DNA of 62,645 nt, filler included, from Catajapyx aquilonaris (lineage: Eukaryota), in assembly GCA_000934665.2 (NCBI GenBank). It is 4 parts of 4 records of this genome, joined end to end, with 100 filler letters (N's around TTAATTAATTAA, not from the genome) between each part and the next. Parts side by side here need not be neighbours in the genome. Positions count along the whole stretch, not along the records: positions 1 to 15,589 come from KZ539688.1; 3 more parts are not named here. One strand, written 5' to 3'. Positions 1 to 12,633 of the stretch are shown one piece after another. The notes beneath the pieces are model-generated. The model saw only the letters and a list, made by a program, of their open reading frames with translations. It was not told the DNA's origin and made no database searches. The translations under genes and the position numbers were made by a program. Each line of letters opens with the position of its first letter. Within the stretch, counting starts at the first letter, position 1.

Positions 1-675
1 TAAGCCTAGTTTGTCACGTCTTTTACATAGTTGCTATGTGTTTAGGTCCAAAATGACAAAAATGAGGGTCATCGCATTTTCCCACCACACCCTCAAGTTA
101 TGTAACTCAAAACCAGCGAATAGGCAAAATAAGTACACATTTGGTACTCACAAACCCATTCCCAATTTTTATATGGCAAGACATTATTACCGACAGACAA
201 TTCAACATCATGAACATTAAAGGCGATTTAAAAAAATGTACAGCCTATTCTTCAACATGTGTGCTCAAGTGACTGATTGAAATTAATTACTGTACGCTGA
301 AGCTTCTGCAGTGCCGTATTTAATTGTAGCACAACTACTAAATGTGAACCTAAAATACCACACCTGCTCAGAATCTGAAATGATAACTTCCGTTTCCATC
401 CAGGTCCCCAATCAGTGTCGAGACCAACTTGAGGCCTGATTTTCCCCCAGGAATAATGTACTGGTCCCAAAATTCACAGTGCAAAGTGTGATGAGTCCAA
501 GTAATGTGGGAATAAAAATCTGCAACCACAGAAAAATGTGTCAGGAACATGGACATACCATTTGAGCATTCAGTACACAGGCATAGCAGACAGTGCAATG
601 ATCCACACGCACCGAGTAGACATGAAAATCAACCTGCATTTATAATCACACAGCAATAGATCATATCAGACCTTA

Positions 676-2568
676 CGGATATGTTTATTTGGCGGTGTTC
701 CGGAATCCACAACACTCTGCTCACCGGTCACGGCCACGGCCGCTGTCCCACGGTCACATGGCCGTATCGTCCGGTTCGCAGCTTGAGAGCTCCCCTACTT
801 ATTCGTGCAACTTATTTCGAGTTTATAGTGCCTGCGTAATTTATAAAACAGAACCCACTCGTTTATCAGCGATTTCATCCACACTGCAATAAAATAATAC
901 TGTATAAGGTCTAGATTGACAGGCAAGCTGGCATCATCAACACTGCAGTCATCATCGACTAGTTTTTATAGACCTAACGAACTTCACAATTTACGCCACA
1001 CACTAGCAAATTACATGAGTTAACGCAAATATTGTACACGGGACCAAGCCTATAACATGCTGACTGTGACGAAACAGCTTTGTTTGCTAAATTCAAGACG
1101 GATAAACACAGTATGGTGGCCTCACTCGATCTATATGGTAGCACGCTGAAGTGGGTCCATCCACTGGAGGCGCCACTGGTGCGTCAGGGCCGATATTCCC
1201 CGCGCTTCAAGTGAACAGCGATTTTAAAATAAGAGTGACGTGATTTTGGCCCCATCCCTAGCGGGAGGGGGAAGCAGGATACAGAGCTGAATCGTTGTTA
1301 TGCCAACCGCCTGTTCTGAAAATTCTGAAACATCTGCTGTCAGTGGACTTCTGGGAGAATAACAAGTAGTAAGGTGTGTATGAATGTTGGTTTTTCATTA
1401 CATATTACCATTGCATCCCCAATATTATAGTTGAACTGATTCAATCTCATTGTTTGCTCACGCGGCATGCCACCATATTCGGCAGAGGGGTTGAGAGGCA
1501 TGATCGTGGCCTACCATGAGATAGGTCTGAGCCCGTCCAACATATTTGAAAAATCGAGGGGACAGCTCTCAGTCAAGTCCGTCCAGAGATGGATTAAGCG
1601 CTACCAGTGCGAGTCCTTGGAGGAGCTGAAGACGAGGGCCAAACCTGGGCGGCCACATGTCACCAACTCTGAGGAGGACCTAGCCCTCTTCGAGACAGTA
1701 GAGCAGCATCCATTTCGGCCTATAACTACAGCGATTAGGCGCCACGTCCAGGAGTTTCCGGGCCTCTTCGACACTGCCCGAAGGAGGTAGGCTAAGTGAG
1801 GAGTTAGATTTTAAATTTTGGGGGAGTGGGGGGCTTGTGAACGCATGGTGTTCCGGACTCTACACTGATCAGAGATAAATATATTAATGTCAGGATTACA
1901 AATGAAAACCTCATCACTGACTCGCCCCTGTTCAGTTACTTACAGGCTGAAATAACTCGGAATTAAGGCCCGGAACCCGGCCAAGAAGTTCTTTTTAATG
2001 GAGGCGCGTAAGCGCGCCCGCCTTCAGTTTGCGGGAGAAAACATTGGGCGTCCAGTCCAGTACTGGATTTACACCATCTTCAGTGATGAGAAGACCTTCC
2101 GGTCCGACTGTCAGGGAAGTTTACACTGCTGGAGGCCGGATGGCACATGGTGTGTAGCAAGGGCAAGAAATTCTTGGGCCACTTAAGAGTAGTATTTGTT
2201 TCGAACTGATCAGATGATCGTCAGTGTGCTCATGTTGGGGCGTAACAAGTTACGGTCTTCTTTTTGTTGTAGCTACGCTCAAGAGCACATCTTGGAGGCC
2301 CGGCACAGTGGCCACATAATGGCAGGATCAGGCGTCACGACGCCCTCGTGTATTATTTTATTGCAGTGTGGATGAAATCGCTGATAAATGAGTGGGTTCT
2401 GTTTTATGAATTACGCAGACTCCAAAAACTAGAAATAAATTGCACGAATAAGTAGGGGAGCTCTCAAACTGCGAGCCCGATTGTACGGCCACGTGACCGT
2501 GGGACCGCGGCCGTGACCGGTGAGCAGAGTGTAGTGGATTCCGGAACATTGCCAAATAAACATATCCG
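676..2568 (+). mobile_element. Tc1/mariner-type DNA transposon, internally deleted, with ~225-bp terminal inverted repeats
   Basis: 676-900 is an imperfect reverse complement of ~2350-2568 (ends CGGATATGTTTATTTGG / CCAAATAAACATATCCG). TA flanks both ends (674-675, 2569-2570). Encloses a Tc1-like transposase remnant. Confidence 0.85.
1467..2328 (+). pseudogene. Intron-containing Tc1-like transposase, 3'-truncated (exons 1467-1786, 1946-2149, 2273-~2328)
   Basis: HTH-like N-terminus (SVKSVQRWIKRY...KPGRP), ARNPAKKFFL and IFSDEKTF (first catalytic D). Two GT-AG phase-2 introns keep the frame. In-frame TAA at 1953-1955. Homology ends before the WG motif and the remaining D/E. Confidence 0.8.
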
Positions 2569-3510
2569 TAACCTGGCAGCACCCAGGATTACCAACACAT
2601 AAACACAAACACAAACAGTTGCGACATTACTTTTGCGGTTAATAGTACATGTCATTTCCAGTACAGCTCTAATTGACAAGATTCTAGCCAGTTCTAAATT
2701 ACCTGAAAAAATTTAGGTATCCTATAACAGTAAATTATTTCACATTACTTAGTAAATACCAGATTAAACTGAACAGAAACTGACAAATTAATTTACTCTC
2801 TAAGATAAGCGTGGTCATTTTTGTTTAAAGACATACCTCGGGGCAGAAATACCAAGAATCAAGTGATTACTAAACATTTCAGATAAATTAAATGACTTCA
2901 TAAAGCCAACATAATATCTCAATATTTTAACCTGCCTTTTAGTAAAACCTATTAAAATTAATACACATCAAATCAGCACAGATATAACAAAATGTATCTC
3001 ACGTACAAACTACACCTCGTCACCAGCTGCAATGGTGGTTGGATTCATTGGACAGGATGATGCACAATGGCTTCTAGACCAAGGGTTGGTGACTCACTCA
3101 GTGTAATGCATGATGAGTCGGAACGTCAATACTGGGCAGCATGACTCCAAGTCTGCTATATAATCAGGCTGCAAACATGGGACCATATTAGCATAATGAT
3201 TAAACCACAGTATGAAACACGATATTTCCCCTTTCCTAATAATAGAAAATTTGTACAATCAGAAATTTTATTTTACAATACTCTCAATATGTTTCAGGTG
3301 CACCTTTCATTGCCTCACCTGCACTATAAATATCAAACATGTAAAATTTTTGCTTTCATCAGATAACATTCAAGTCTTATATATGGACTTAAATGGACAC
3401 AGATATCTTTAGGCACTTGAAAATGTGACCTGGGTACAAAAACTGGCTGATCTTTCGGAGAGAAAAAAAAACAAACAGGATTTACAGTGCAGAATTAATT
3501 TACAATGAGA

Positions 3511-3850
3511 GAGGCGAAGTGGCACAGCGGTAACGCATGCGCCCACGGATGTTAAGGTCCTGGGTTCGAACCCCACCCAGGGTTACCCCCTTCATCTCGT
3601 ACAGAGTTGGGCTATGTCTGGCTTCGTCTCGGGTGGAAATTTCTGCTACACTAATCCACCCGGGGTAGTTCACAAAATGACCAATCAACAACATTGCACT
3701 TGCAATTTGCACATCCCATCCTACTTACCCTAATCATGGACCAACTAAATAATTGCAAAATTATACACATGGCTCCCAATATGGTGGTATTCCCACCCCC
3801 CTAAGAGGGCCATACGGCCTTAGCACGGGGTACTTTAAAAAAATTAATAA
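3511..3850 (+). mobile_element. tRNA-derived SINE (family B)
   Basis: Pol III A box TGGCACAGCGG and B box GGTTCGAACCC, no tRNA acceptor stem. 3' end CCCCTAAGAGGGCC..GGCCTTAGCACGGGGTA plus A-rich tail resembles the SINE tail at ~16483-16520. Confidence 0.75.
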
Positions 3851-5032
3851 GTAAATTTACAATCACACTCCTCAATCTGCACAACAAGGTCCATACTAAT
3901 GCTTTCCCCGAGTGACTCACCAACAAAACGTGCGAGTGAAAGCATGCCTGACATGCAACAAGTCCTTCCTGATAATACGGCTGTCCAAGAACCAATATTT
4001 ATGTACTGTAATTCCCATGGCTACTATGGTATGGAAAATCACGATCGCTTTCCGCCTTCTCCGGCTACAATTCCCAAACTGAAAACACGTACAGACTCGT
4101 AGACAAAACATTAACATTTCAGGCGCATGTGACTTTGCCATTACGTTTTTCGCTGAGAAATATCTGAGCACGCAAGGCAGAACATGCCCACAGTTAACTT
4201 TCTTCACCACAACTTCCGACTCTCCCAACGGACCTCGAACGTCCGTCTTCAACTGGCAGCACGTACCGAGTAATCACAGTGCAGCGCACACCGCAACAAC
4301 TCCGCTGCACCAACCGCAGTGCATGCAAGCCCAGCAAGTCCTGACCCTTGACCCCCTAAACATGGCTCCAGGTGTGCTGGAAGTGGCCTATACCCGCCGC
4401 CTGATGACACGAAGGGTGCGGCCCTGTCTTCAACCCAAACCTCGTAGTCCTTTCAACCAACTCCCGTCCTTCTTTGGCTACCTCCTGACCCCGACCTGAA
4501 CCCGGGGCAGACCCACCTTCCTCTCTCTGGGATGGAAAAAGACACCGGCCCGAAGAAAATCCGCTTCCAACCGGCATCCATTTGCAATCGGAACATTCAG
4601 TTCGAGACCGATCGAAAAACGAAACCATCTCGGGTTTCGGTATTTCGGAAAGAAAATGTTTAATTTCAGCTTAATTGGCAGGTCGTAATGAGCTAATTAT
4701 CCGGTACGATCCCGAACACTTGTCCTGCTGCCATCATGGCATGACCTGAACAGGTCCAGAACGTGTCCTACGCTGGCTGCATACATGTTCGCCCAAGTGG
4801 CGTGGTCCTCTTCAGATAACACAGGCGGAAAATTTAAACCGCAGAGCCCAAGAAGGACATTTCTGACCTTATTGACATAAGGCAGCTAGGTTACACCTTA
4901 CTCGATCGCGTGCATATCCTCTACATAGCGTGTGAACTTGAGTCAACGTCATTGGTCTCTCAAGTCGTCGTCAGGGATGACTTGGAAACATCGATTGTAT
5001 GGACACTCGTCGGGACAGTGAGGGTCAAGAGG

Positions 5033-6399
5033 ATGATGCGGGTAGTGAGGCCACCAGTGTTGCTGCCTCAGAAGGCCAGCTGGGTGGGGGAGAGGAAGCC
5101 CACCACCTCCTTCTGGACCCTCTTCAAACCCGTGGCCATCCTCAGCGTCTTGGCCGGAATCCTCCAGTGCCCATGGCCCACCACCCAGGCCCAAGCCGGC
5201 GACAACAAGCGGTGGCTGAGACGATGGCCAAGCACCATCCATCTGGCCATGCTGCTTGTCTACCTGGCCATATTCGCCTTCAGTCCGCCCCCGGTGCTGG
5301 TGGGTCTCGCCAACCAGGGGCAGACAGAGAAGGCCGCTTACATCACATCCCTGCTCACCACATTCGTGGGCGGCCCTTGGCTCAACTTCCTCCTGATGCA
5401 GACCAGGATGGACACAGCCTGGGGAGTCATCCACGACATGTCCTGTCTGAACACCTCTCTGGACCAGGCCAAAGTGCATGGGTACTCCGCTGCCCTCATT
5501 GTCCTCTGCGTCTTCATGAGTTTCCTCACCTTCCTCTACTCACTTCTCAACGACATTTCGCGAGACATTGTGGACCAACCTGCCTCAATAGTGTTTGACC
5601 TTTTCATGTGGCACTGTGCCTTCTTGGGCTACGCACTTCCGACACAGATAGCCTTCCTGGCATTAATCATCTCCGAGGTGATCCGTATGGCCAACCAGGA
5701 GATAAGCAACACCTGTGACATGTTGCGTAGCCAAGGTGACTGGAAGGGACGTGTCAAGTTCGAGTTGAGACAACAGGCGGTCAAGCTGTGCTCCTGTTTC
5801 GATTTGGTGGATAGCATGTCGTGTGTGTACGGAATTCCAATGGTTGTACTGTACATTTCCTCCGTGGTGTCTTTGACATGCAATATTTGTTACATAACAC
5901 TGATTGGCCTTGATGGTGATATCACCATGACCACTTTCATGACAGTTGTTCTTGGAATTTGCAACATTGTGTTCATCTCTTCATTTACTCTCATGTTGGG
6001 CAGGATTCCAAAAGAAGTAAGTACATTACAACCCAACGATCTACGAGTACTGTACGTTTTTCTGTTGCAGGCTACTACATCATTGAAGGATCTGACAAAA
6101 GTGCGCCTTTTGGAAGCAGGTCTTGATTGCGAAGTGCAGGTGAGCTAGTATAGGCTATGAGTATTTACCACATGTGTCTATTTTCTATTGTATGCAATCA
6201 GGTTGATGCATTAATCCAGAAAATGAGTGGTTCTCCAGTGCAAATGACTGCGGCCAACTTCTTCGCCATCAACCGCACACTTCTGACAATGGTGAGTATT
6301 CAATGCCACCATCATGACAGCTGCTAAGTTCATGTGCATATTCAGATTACAGGTGCAGTGACCACATACGCTGTCATCTTTACGCAATTCAGAAGATGA
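5033..6399 (+). CDS. Gustatory receptor (7TM chemosensory ion channel family), 398 aa; exons 5033-6016, 6071-6139, 6202-6291, 6346-6399
   Basis: Multiple hydrophobic helices, three C-terminal phase-0 GT-AG introns typical of GRs, TAANFFAINRTLL, and the terminal TYAVIFTQF matching the GR TYhhhhhQF motif. Frame is intact. Confidence 0.92.
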
Positions 6400-7135
6400 G
6401 CAAATATGTGCCAAGACAGCAAGAAAGAAACATGTCTTCTCTTACATTCAAAACGAGCAAGTGGGTTGAGATACAAGTGCAAGCCCTCCTGTGAAACATA
6501 TTTAGACATTTGCAAAATGCGTTTTTAACCTTATGTCCTCAAGTGATATGGGGTCAATACATTATTAAAATGTCCGAATTCATATTTAAATTTGGCATAT
6601 TTACCTTACACAGGCCGATTTGACAAATTTTGTCACTATATAGTGACATTTTTTTTCTCCTTTAGGAGTAAATTGTTGCGAAGACTCTCACATTTCTTAC
6701 AAGGTATTAATATGGTACACCAAAAACTTACTGTACCGTATGTATATGATGAGTGGTACATCATAAAAAAAGATTGCAATTCATCACAACATAATTGTTT
6801 AATTACAAATTCGGCGGAATTTTGCACGATTTTTGAGGGGGAAGAAAGGCTTGGCGTCCACCACGATCTCACGACTTTGTACAGCGGAGTGGACAAGGCT
6901 TGGCGCCCAGACACTATCTCATACGTATAGGTTTTTTTGGCAGACGACTTGGGTTTTTTTTTACGAGTTCGTTTTTGAGGGGGAATCTGGTTACTTTTTT
7001 TCAAATTCGCTTACTTCTCGGGATTGTTTTGATCTGAGTTCTTCATGCAACTTTGCATAATTACCACTCATTCTCAAGTTGGTTAACTCCCAAATACCCG
7101 ATATTCTCTTTATCAACTCATACAATTAAGGCCCC

Positions 7136-7253
7136 TAGTCTGATGACCCCGGGTAAGCTATCCCGGGGGTAATCACCATGGCAGCATATGTAAAAGGATA
7201 GCAGTAAACAACCAGTTACCCCAGGGGGCAAGCTACCCCGGGTCACCAGACTA
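7136..7253. mobile_element. Small palindromic MITE-like element
   Basis: TAGTCTGATGACCCCGGGTA ... TACCCCGGGTCACCAGACTA inverted termini. Confidence 0.55.
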
Positions 7254-10200
7254 TATACCTAAATGTCTCTCCCTTACACGTGTCCTTGCTGTGTTATTTA
7301 TATTATTACTTATTAAAAATCAAGGCCAGCGATTTACCAATACATGCTGCGTCACATTAACAATGGATGGCAAAATATACAGTGTAAAACTAAACGTCCC
7401 TATCAAATTCTCCCAAATGACCAGCATCCACTGTTGGAGTGAACCATGGACCCCACTGGGACAATCAAAAGGAAGGAGTGGATATTTCCCGTCCTGGGCA
7501 ATTCATATGCCCCGGCACACTTCACAGACACGTACCTAGTTTTCCAATAGGTACCAGACTTCATCAAACAACTAGCCATTAGTAGCAAGTGATGCCCCAA
7601 AAACTTCAATAATTTTGAAAATACTTAAGGGCCTACTTGATTTTATGCATGTTTTATGTACAGTACATTCTTGAACCATGAAATGTTGAGCTCCCCTTTT
7701 TAACGAAAATTGTCATATTTGTCTCGGACATGGGTGTCCAATACAGATGATGTAATAATTGCACCATATTCACAGTGATTGGTGACATTTAATTGTAATT
7801 ATATTACTCAGGATTGCTCCTAAATGTGCCTTATTGAATTGCGGCATATTACATTGTATGGAATATTATTTCTTGACCTCTGGAAGGGCCTATAGTGTTT
7901 TCCAAATCATATGCTGGTACACACTTCCGACATGGGAAACCTCCAACATTGTGTCATCGGACTGTGTCACACCGAAGGCTTGGGCATAGTAATATTCTCC
8001 GTCCCTTCTTCAAGTTTCAATATCACACGCTGTACGATCAGGTAAAATTAAGATACGTATTATGGTATCACAGTTCAACTCCAAGTATACAGGTGTCTAA
8101 AACTTTTCAATCACAATGGCAGTATATTTTCCGCATGTGACCTAAGCTAAGTGGCAATGCTCATTTAATTATTTGTGATAACATTATACACAATCAATAT
8201 CCAAAGACCCTACTGCTACTGAATAGGGGTGGCGCCGATTCTCCAAATACAAAACTACATACCAATGATGGTCAAAATCTTTGCCCAATGACTTCACGAC
8301 TGCCTCTGATAAATGACACGAATTGCCACACGATGCAGGAATTATGAGGGTTTGACTAAATATAGTCAAAGTAAATCTAGCATATTGGATTTTTAGATAT
8401 TTGAGTCCCATCACAGTATTAAACAAAAGCAATTTAACTATTGAATATACCGGTATTACCGGAGAATGTTTCATTCAAAAGAGTGGCGCCATATATCTTG
8501 GGATATTCCTCGATCCATCTTCTCAGTCCTTCATGGATTGATGGCAAGATTGATGGTCATGCCCAATATCTCTAAGAGCTACGCGAACTGCCATGAATGA
8601 CAAATTAATGGCAATCCCGCTTTAATATAATCACTGATTTTCCTGAAGCTGAACGTTGCCTCTGATAGCCATTGAGATCAAAAATGTCTCCTCTTAATTG
8701 AGACACGGAGGAGAGTGAGCGGAACCTATGAATGCAGCCCTTATTCTGCAGGTTAAATAATAAAAAAATCCGGAAAGGTGTTTTTTTGTGAAATGTTTAC
8801 AATATATTGCTACCATATGGAGGTAGAAAGTTACCACGTGATTTTAATAATGTGTGCATATCACTATGCAACAGTGCAACGGGGCAGATTGTCTTAATGC
8901 AGTGTGACTGGTGGATGAACACACGTCATTATGACGAAAGAAGTGACCAAGACGAAGTATTCCACATGCCTACTTCAGTAATGACGACAAAGTAAACTTT
9001 AAAAATTGTCATTGTCAAATTAATCCCCAAGTACTCATGGGGTTCACCCAAACGACAGCACATTTTGTGCCAGAGCATGAGACACTAGTGATAATATTTC
9101 TCCATGTGTTACGTGATGAAGGGGAAGATTAATTGTTGGGGTTAGACTGGAAAGGACTTAACTTGTGCTGTAATATTCCCAGTCCATGCCACTTAATTTC
9201 CAACCAATCCCGCTATCGAAAGAGCTATTCCAAGGAATTTGAATTCAAGAGAAGGACAAGGGGAATGCTATGGATTCCTCCTTCACTGAATTGCTCCAAA
9301 AAGATATCAATTTGTGATTTGTCATTCAAATTATAATTTTTAAACGCAGTACCAGATGCTGGCTAATCATATTAGCCACCAGAGTTAGAAATGTAAGAAT
9401 GATGTTAAAATTTCACCATCATGCCTGGCCCAACTGTAACAGGACAATATTACCTTCACCAGTGTAGTGTAGAGGGCAGATTCAGTCATATTGGGTGTGA
9501 AAGAATGTCAACTGCAGTTCAAATTGTGCAGGGTTGCTAGTTGAACACTGACGTCAAACAAGAGAAAGCAATGAAGACCCAATAACATGTACCGAACAAG
9601 GTCCACAATGAATGCCGCCAATGACATGGGCATATTTAAACCGAAACAACTGTACAACTGTAAGATGTTTATCCATCTAAGTCTGAACCATCGTGGACAT
9701 CTCAATATTTTAAAATAATGATAATAAAAATAAAAAATCAAGTCAAGTTAGATGGATTCGTTCACCGAAAATTGAAACCAATGTCCGATAAGTTTGATGA
9801 GCAGACACACTGGTCAGATGGGGAGATAAACGATACGAGAAACAATAATGAGAATTAACCTTCCTTCCTATTAACTTGCCTGGACGACACTGCTCACAGG
9901 AGTAGGAAACGTTACGTCCTGCAACCAGTGTGTATTGTGTGTGATTACATTTTCCACTTTGTATGGAGCATTAATTGGCAAAACCAACTGTGATAACTGA
10001 TATGAAAGACATGGAAAAACAACGGTTATTTTGAGCCACCATGACCTCTCAGTGACCCATTATTTCAACCATCAGTGGACATAATTCTACGGCAGTTAGG
10101 TTATGCTCCACCACTGCCCCACACATATGAAGAAATCGCCAAGACAAGTGACAAGTGTACTGAGAATGCGACAAATCAGTGGCAGTAAATATGTTGAAAG

Positions 10201-11117
10201 GGTGTGGAACACACTGTCCCATCAGCCGTCAAAACGACACGTTTTCCGCCCCTCTTCTGGCGCCAGCTAGGTAGGGACTGATGACCTGGCTCGTCTGAGG
10301 CGGGGCAGACCCCGGGGCAGGCGGACAGCGGGCAGAACCCAACCGACTCCCGTGAAGACAAAGAGAACAACGAGTGACGTCAAAAGTCGCATCACGTGTT
10401 GGGAATAACGGCTACTGGATGTCGCTGTGATCAGAAGCTGCTAACATGTAGTGTAGGTGGCGGAACCGCTACCAGAAAATAACGTTTAGATCCAACCTCA
10501 GAAGGACGCCGCAGATAGGCCTGGAAATAACACGATGACGTCACCGCCAGTGTATATCCAGGTGACACTACCGTAGTTCCAACCCTGCTCCCTTCCCTGC
10601 GTTCCTTTCCTTTCTTCTTCTTGGCCGAGCCAGACCCGTGTTGCTCTCCGTCCGCCCCTGGGCCGCACCCCGGCCCTCTCCGGGGCGTGCCCGCTGCCTG
10701 CTTCCTCGTGGACGCACCAAGTTTGCATCGTGGTTATAAGTATGCCATATCCGGCACGATTTTTGAGTGTTGTTCTACAGAGCTCTGTCCCAATATATTT
10801 CTTGACGAGTGGTCACTCTTTAGTGCCCACCACAGGTCGTGTGGTGTGGTGTATTCGACCTTCATAGTTATTTGGTATGTCTCCTGCTTCCGTCGCAAGT
10901 TGCACGCGTGTCTCTGCCCTGGGTTAGTCGTGTACTTCGTCGGATCTTAAAATCTCTTACCTGTCGTCAGTCTGCCGTCGTCATGCAGTCCAGATGCAGT
11001 CATTCGTTTATGTTGGAGCTCAGAAATTTTTTGTGGTGTTCGTCCTAGGAGTGGACACTTCCTTCGCTCATTTTTGTCGCATTTTACCATTTTTATTGTG
11101 CGCAAGAGTAGTACTCC

Positions 11118-11717
11118 AATGAAAGTGTAGTCTCCTCAGGGTATGGCTAGTAAAGTCTTCCCTCAGTCCAAGGGAAAGTTAGTGTAGTCCTCTCAGAGTA
11201 AGGGAAAGTTAGTGTAGTCCCCTCAGAGTAAGGGAAAGTTAGTGTAGTCCCCTCAGAGTATGGCAAGTAAAGTGTTCCCTCAGACATGGGGCAATGAAAG
11301 AATAGTCCCCTCAGAGTACGAGCAATGCAAGGATAGTTCCCTCAGAGTACGGGCAAGGAAAGTGTAGTCTCCTCAGATAACGAGCAATGAAAGTGTAGTC
11401 CCCTCGGAGTATGGCAAGTAAAGTGTTCCCTCAGAGATTGGACAATGAAAGAATAGTCCCCTCAGAGTACGAGCAATGCTAGTTCCCTCACTTGTCAAAG
11501 TACGGGCTAGAAAGTGTAGTCTCCTCAGATAACGAGCAATGAAAGTGTAGTCCCCTCGGAGTATGGCAAGTAAAGTGTTCTTTCAGAAAATGCCCAATGA
11601 AAGTATAGTCCCCACAGAGAACCGACAATGGAAGTGTAGTCCCCTCAGAGTAGGACAAGTAATGTGTTCCCTCAGACATGGGGCATTGAAGTATAGTCAC
11701 CTCAGATAACGGGCAAT
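11118..11717. repeat. Minisatellite of ~30-bp units (~20 copies; consensus ~GGCAATGAAAGTGTAGTCCCCTCAGAGTAT)
   Basis: Head-to-tail degenerate units, with unit variants recurring in the same order (higher-order repeat). No unique spacers. Confidence 0.9.
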
Positions 11718-12633
11718 TTTGTTGGTATGTGCCTGAGTCACCGGATCCACAAAGTTAATACTGTGATTAACAGTTAAATGATGTAATCCCTCTCTTTCTA
11801 GTTGAGAATATGCCTGCGAATATATACAGTATATTTTGTTGCGTTTAATGTAATATATTTCAGTATGTGCCAGCTATACTTACAGCCCAACAGTCGCTGA
11901 TTATGGTCGTACCAGGGAGTATCCACTCTTTAATTACGCTGATCAAAGTTGCAGAATCTCTCTTGTCCACTGGTATGAGAAAACATTGGCCTGTCTCTCG
12001 CTGTATACCCCCAAATACCCATTGCCCTTTCACTAAATGGCCCCGGTGGTATTTTCTATTCCAGAATTTTGATTCGTCGATTTCGACGGTCATTCCAGGT
12101 CCACCAAGTTTGGAGGAGTGGTTGACGAAATCATCGAAAACCACCTCCCGGCAAAAATTTGCCCAATCTATGCAGGTGCACTTGTTCAGTTGTAGTTCAT
12201 TTGCAATGTAGAGCAAAGTGTTGTTGTGAACCCACATGTGCGCAAAACCAATAATTTGTAACTAGCTCAAATGAGACTTGTAAGAAAATGTATATTGCCT
12301 GATCGAACATCTGTGGGAGGTAATAATCACCTTTAGTAAAAGAAATCAGAATAATAGGGTATGGTGTCCGTAGGGAAATATTTACCCATAGTTGCAAAGT
12401 GTTGGCTTTCTGTGCCCTTGAGAAACCTTTCCCAGGCATCGCCATTTGCATCGGTCAATGTGGGTGATGTCTAAGTGCAGGGTCATTGAGTGACCACGAG
12501 GACACTTCTTCTCCCTCTACTTTGCTATCAGCCCCCAATCCATTAGTGCCTTGACAAGGGCGAGGCCATCATTTTCCATAGACAATTTCAAAAATAACTT
12601 CAAATTGACTCTGGGGGGCGTGTCAGATGCCAT
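11715..12633 (-). pseudogene. Merlin (IS1016/ISXO2-like DDE) transposase with two introns (exons 12633-12386, 12310-11884, 11813-11715)
   Basis: Zn-ribbon-like CPRGH..WRC..C, SIRQYTFSYKSHLS, DWANFCREV, KLGGPGMTVEIDESKF, WVFGGIQR, ILPGTTIISDCWA|AY, HLTVNHSINFVDPVTQAHTNKI. No frameshifts. TAG stops at 12519-12517 and 12264-12262. Cut off by the minisatellite just before the expected catalytic E. Confidence 0.92.

Noticed and set aside
3511..3585. tRNA genes (also 16275-16340, 16945-17012, 18580-18651)
   Set aside because: A and B boxes are present but there is no acceptor stem or cloverleaf. Each continues into a SINE body and tail, two with TSDs.
10561..10580. GGTGACACTACCGTAG as the left Merlin TIR
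   Set aside because: No matching inverted copy or TSD found on this contig.
11118..11717. CRISPR-like array of ~30-bp repeats
   Set aside because: Units are contiguous and degenerate with no unique spacers, there are no cas-like ORFs, and the context is eukaryotic.
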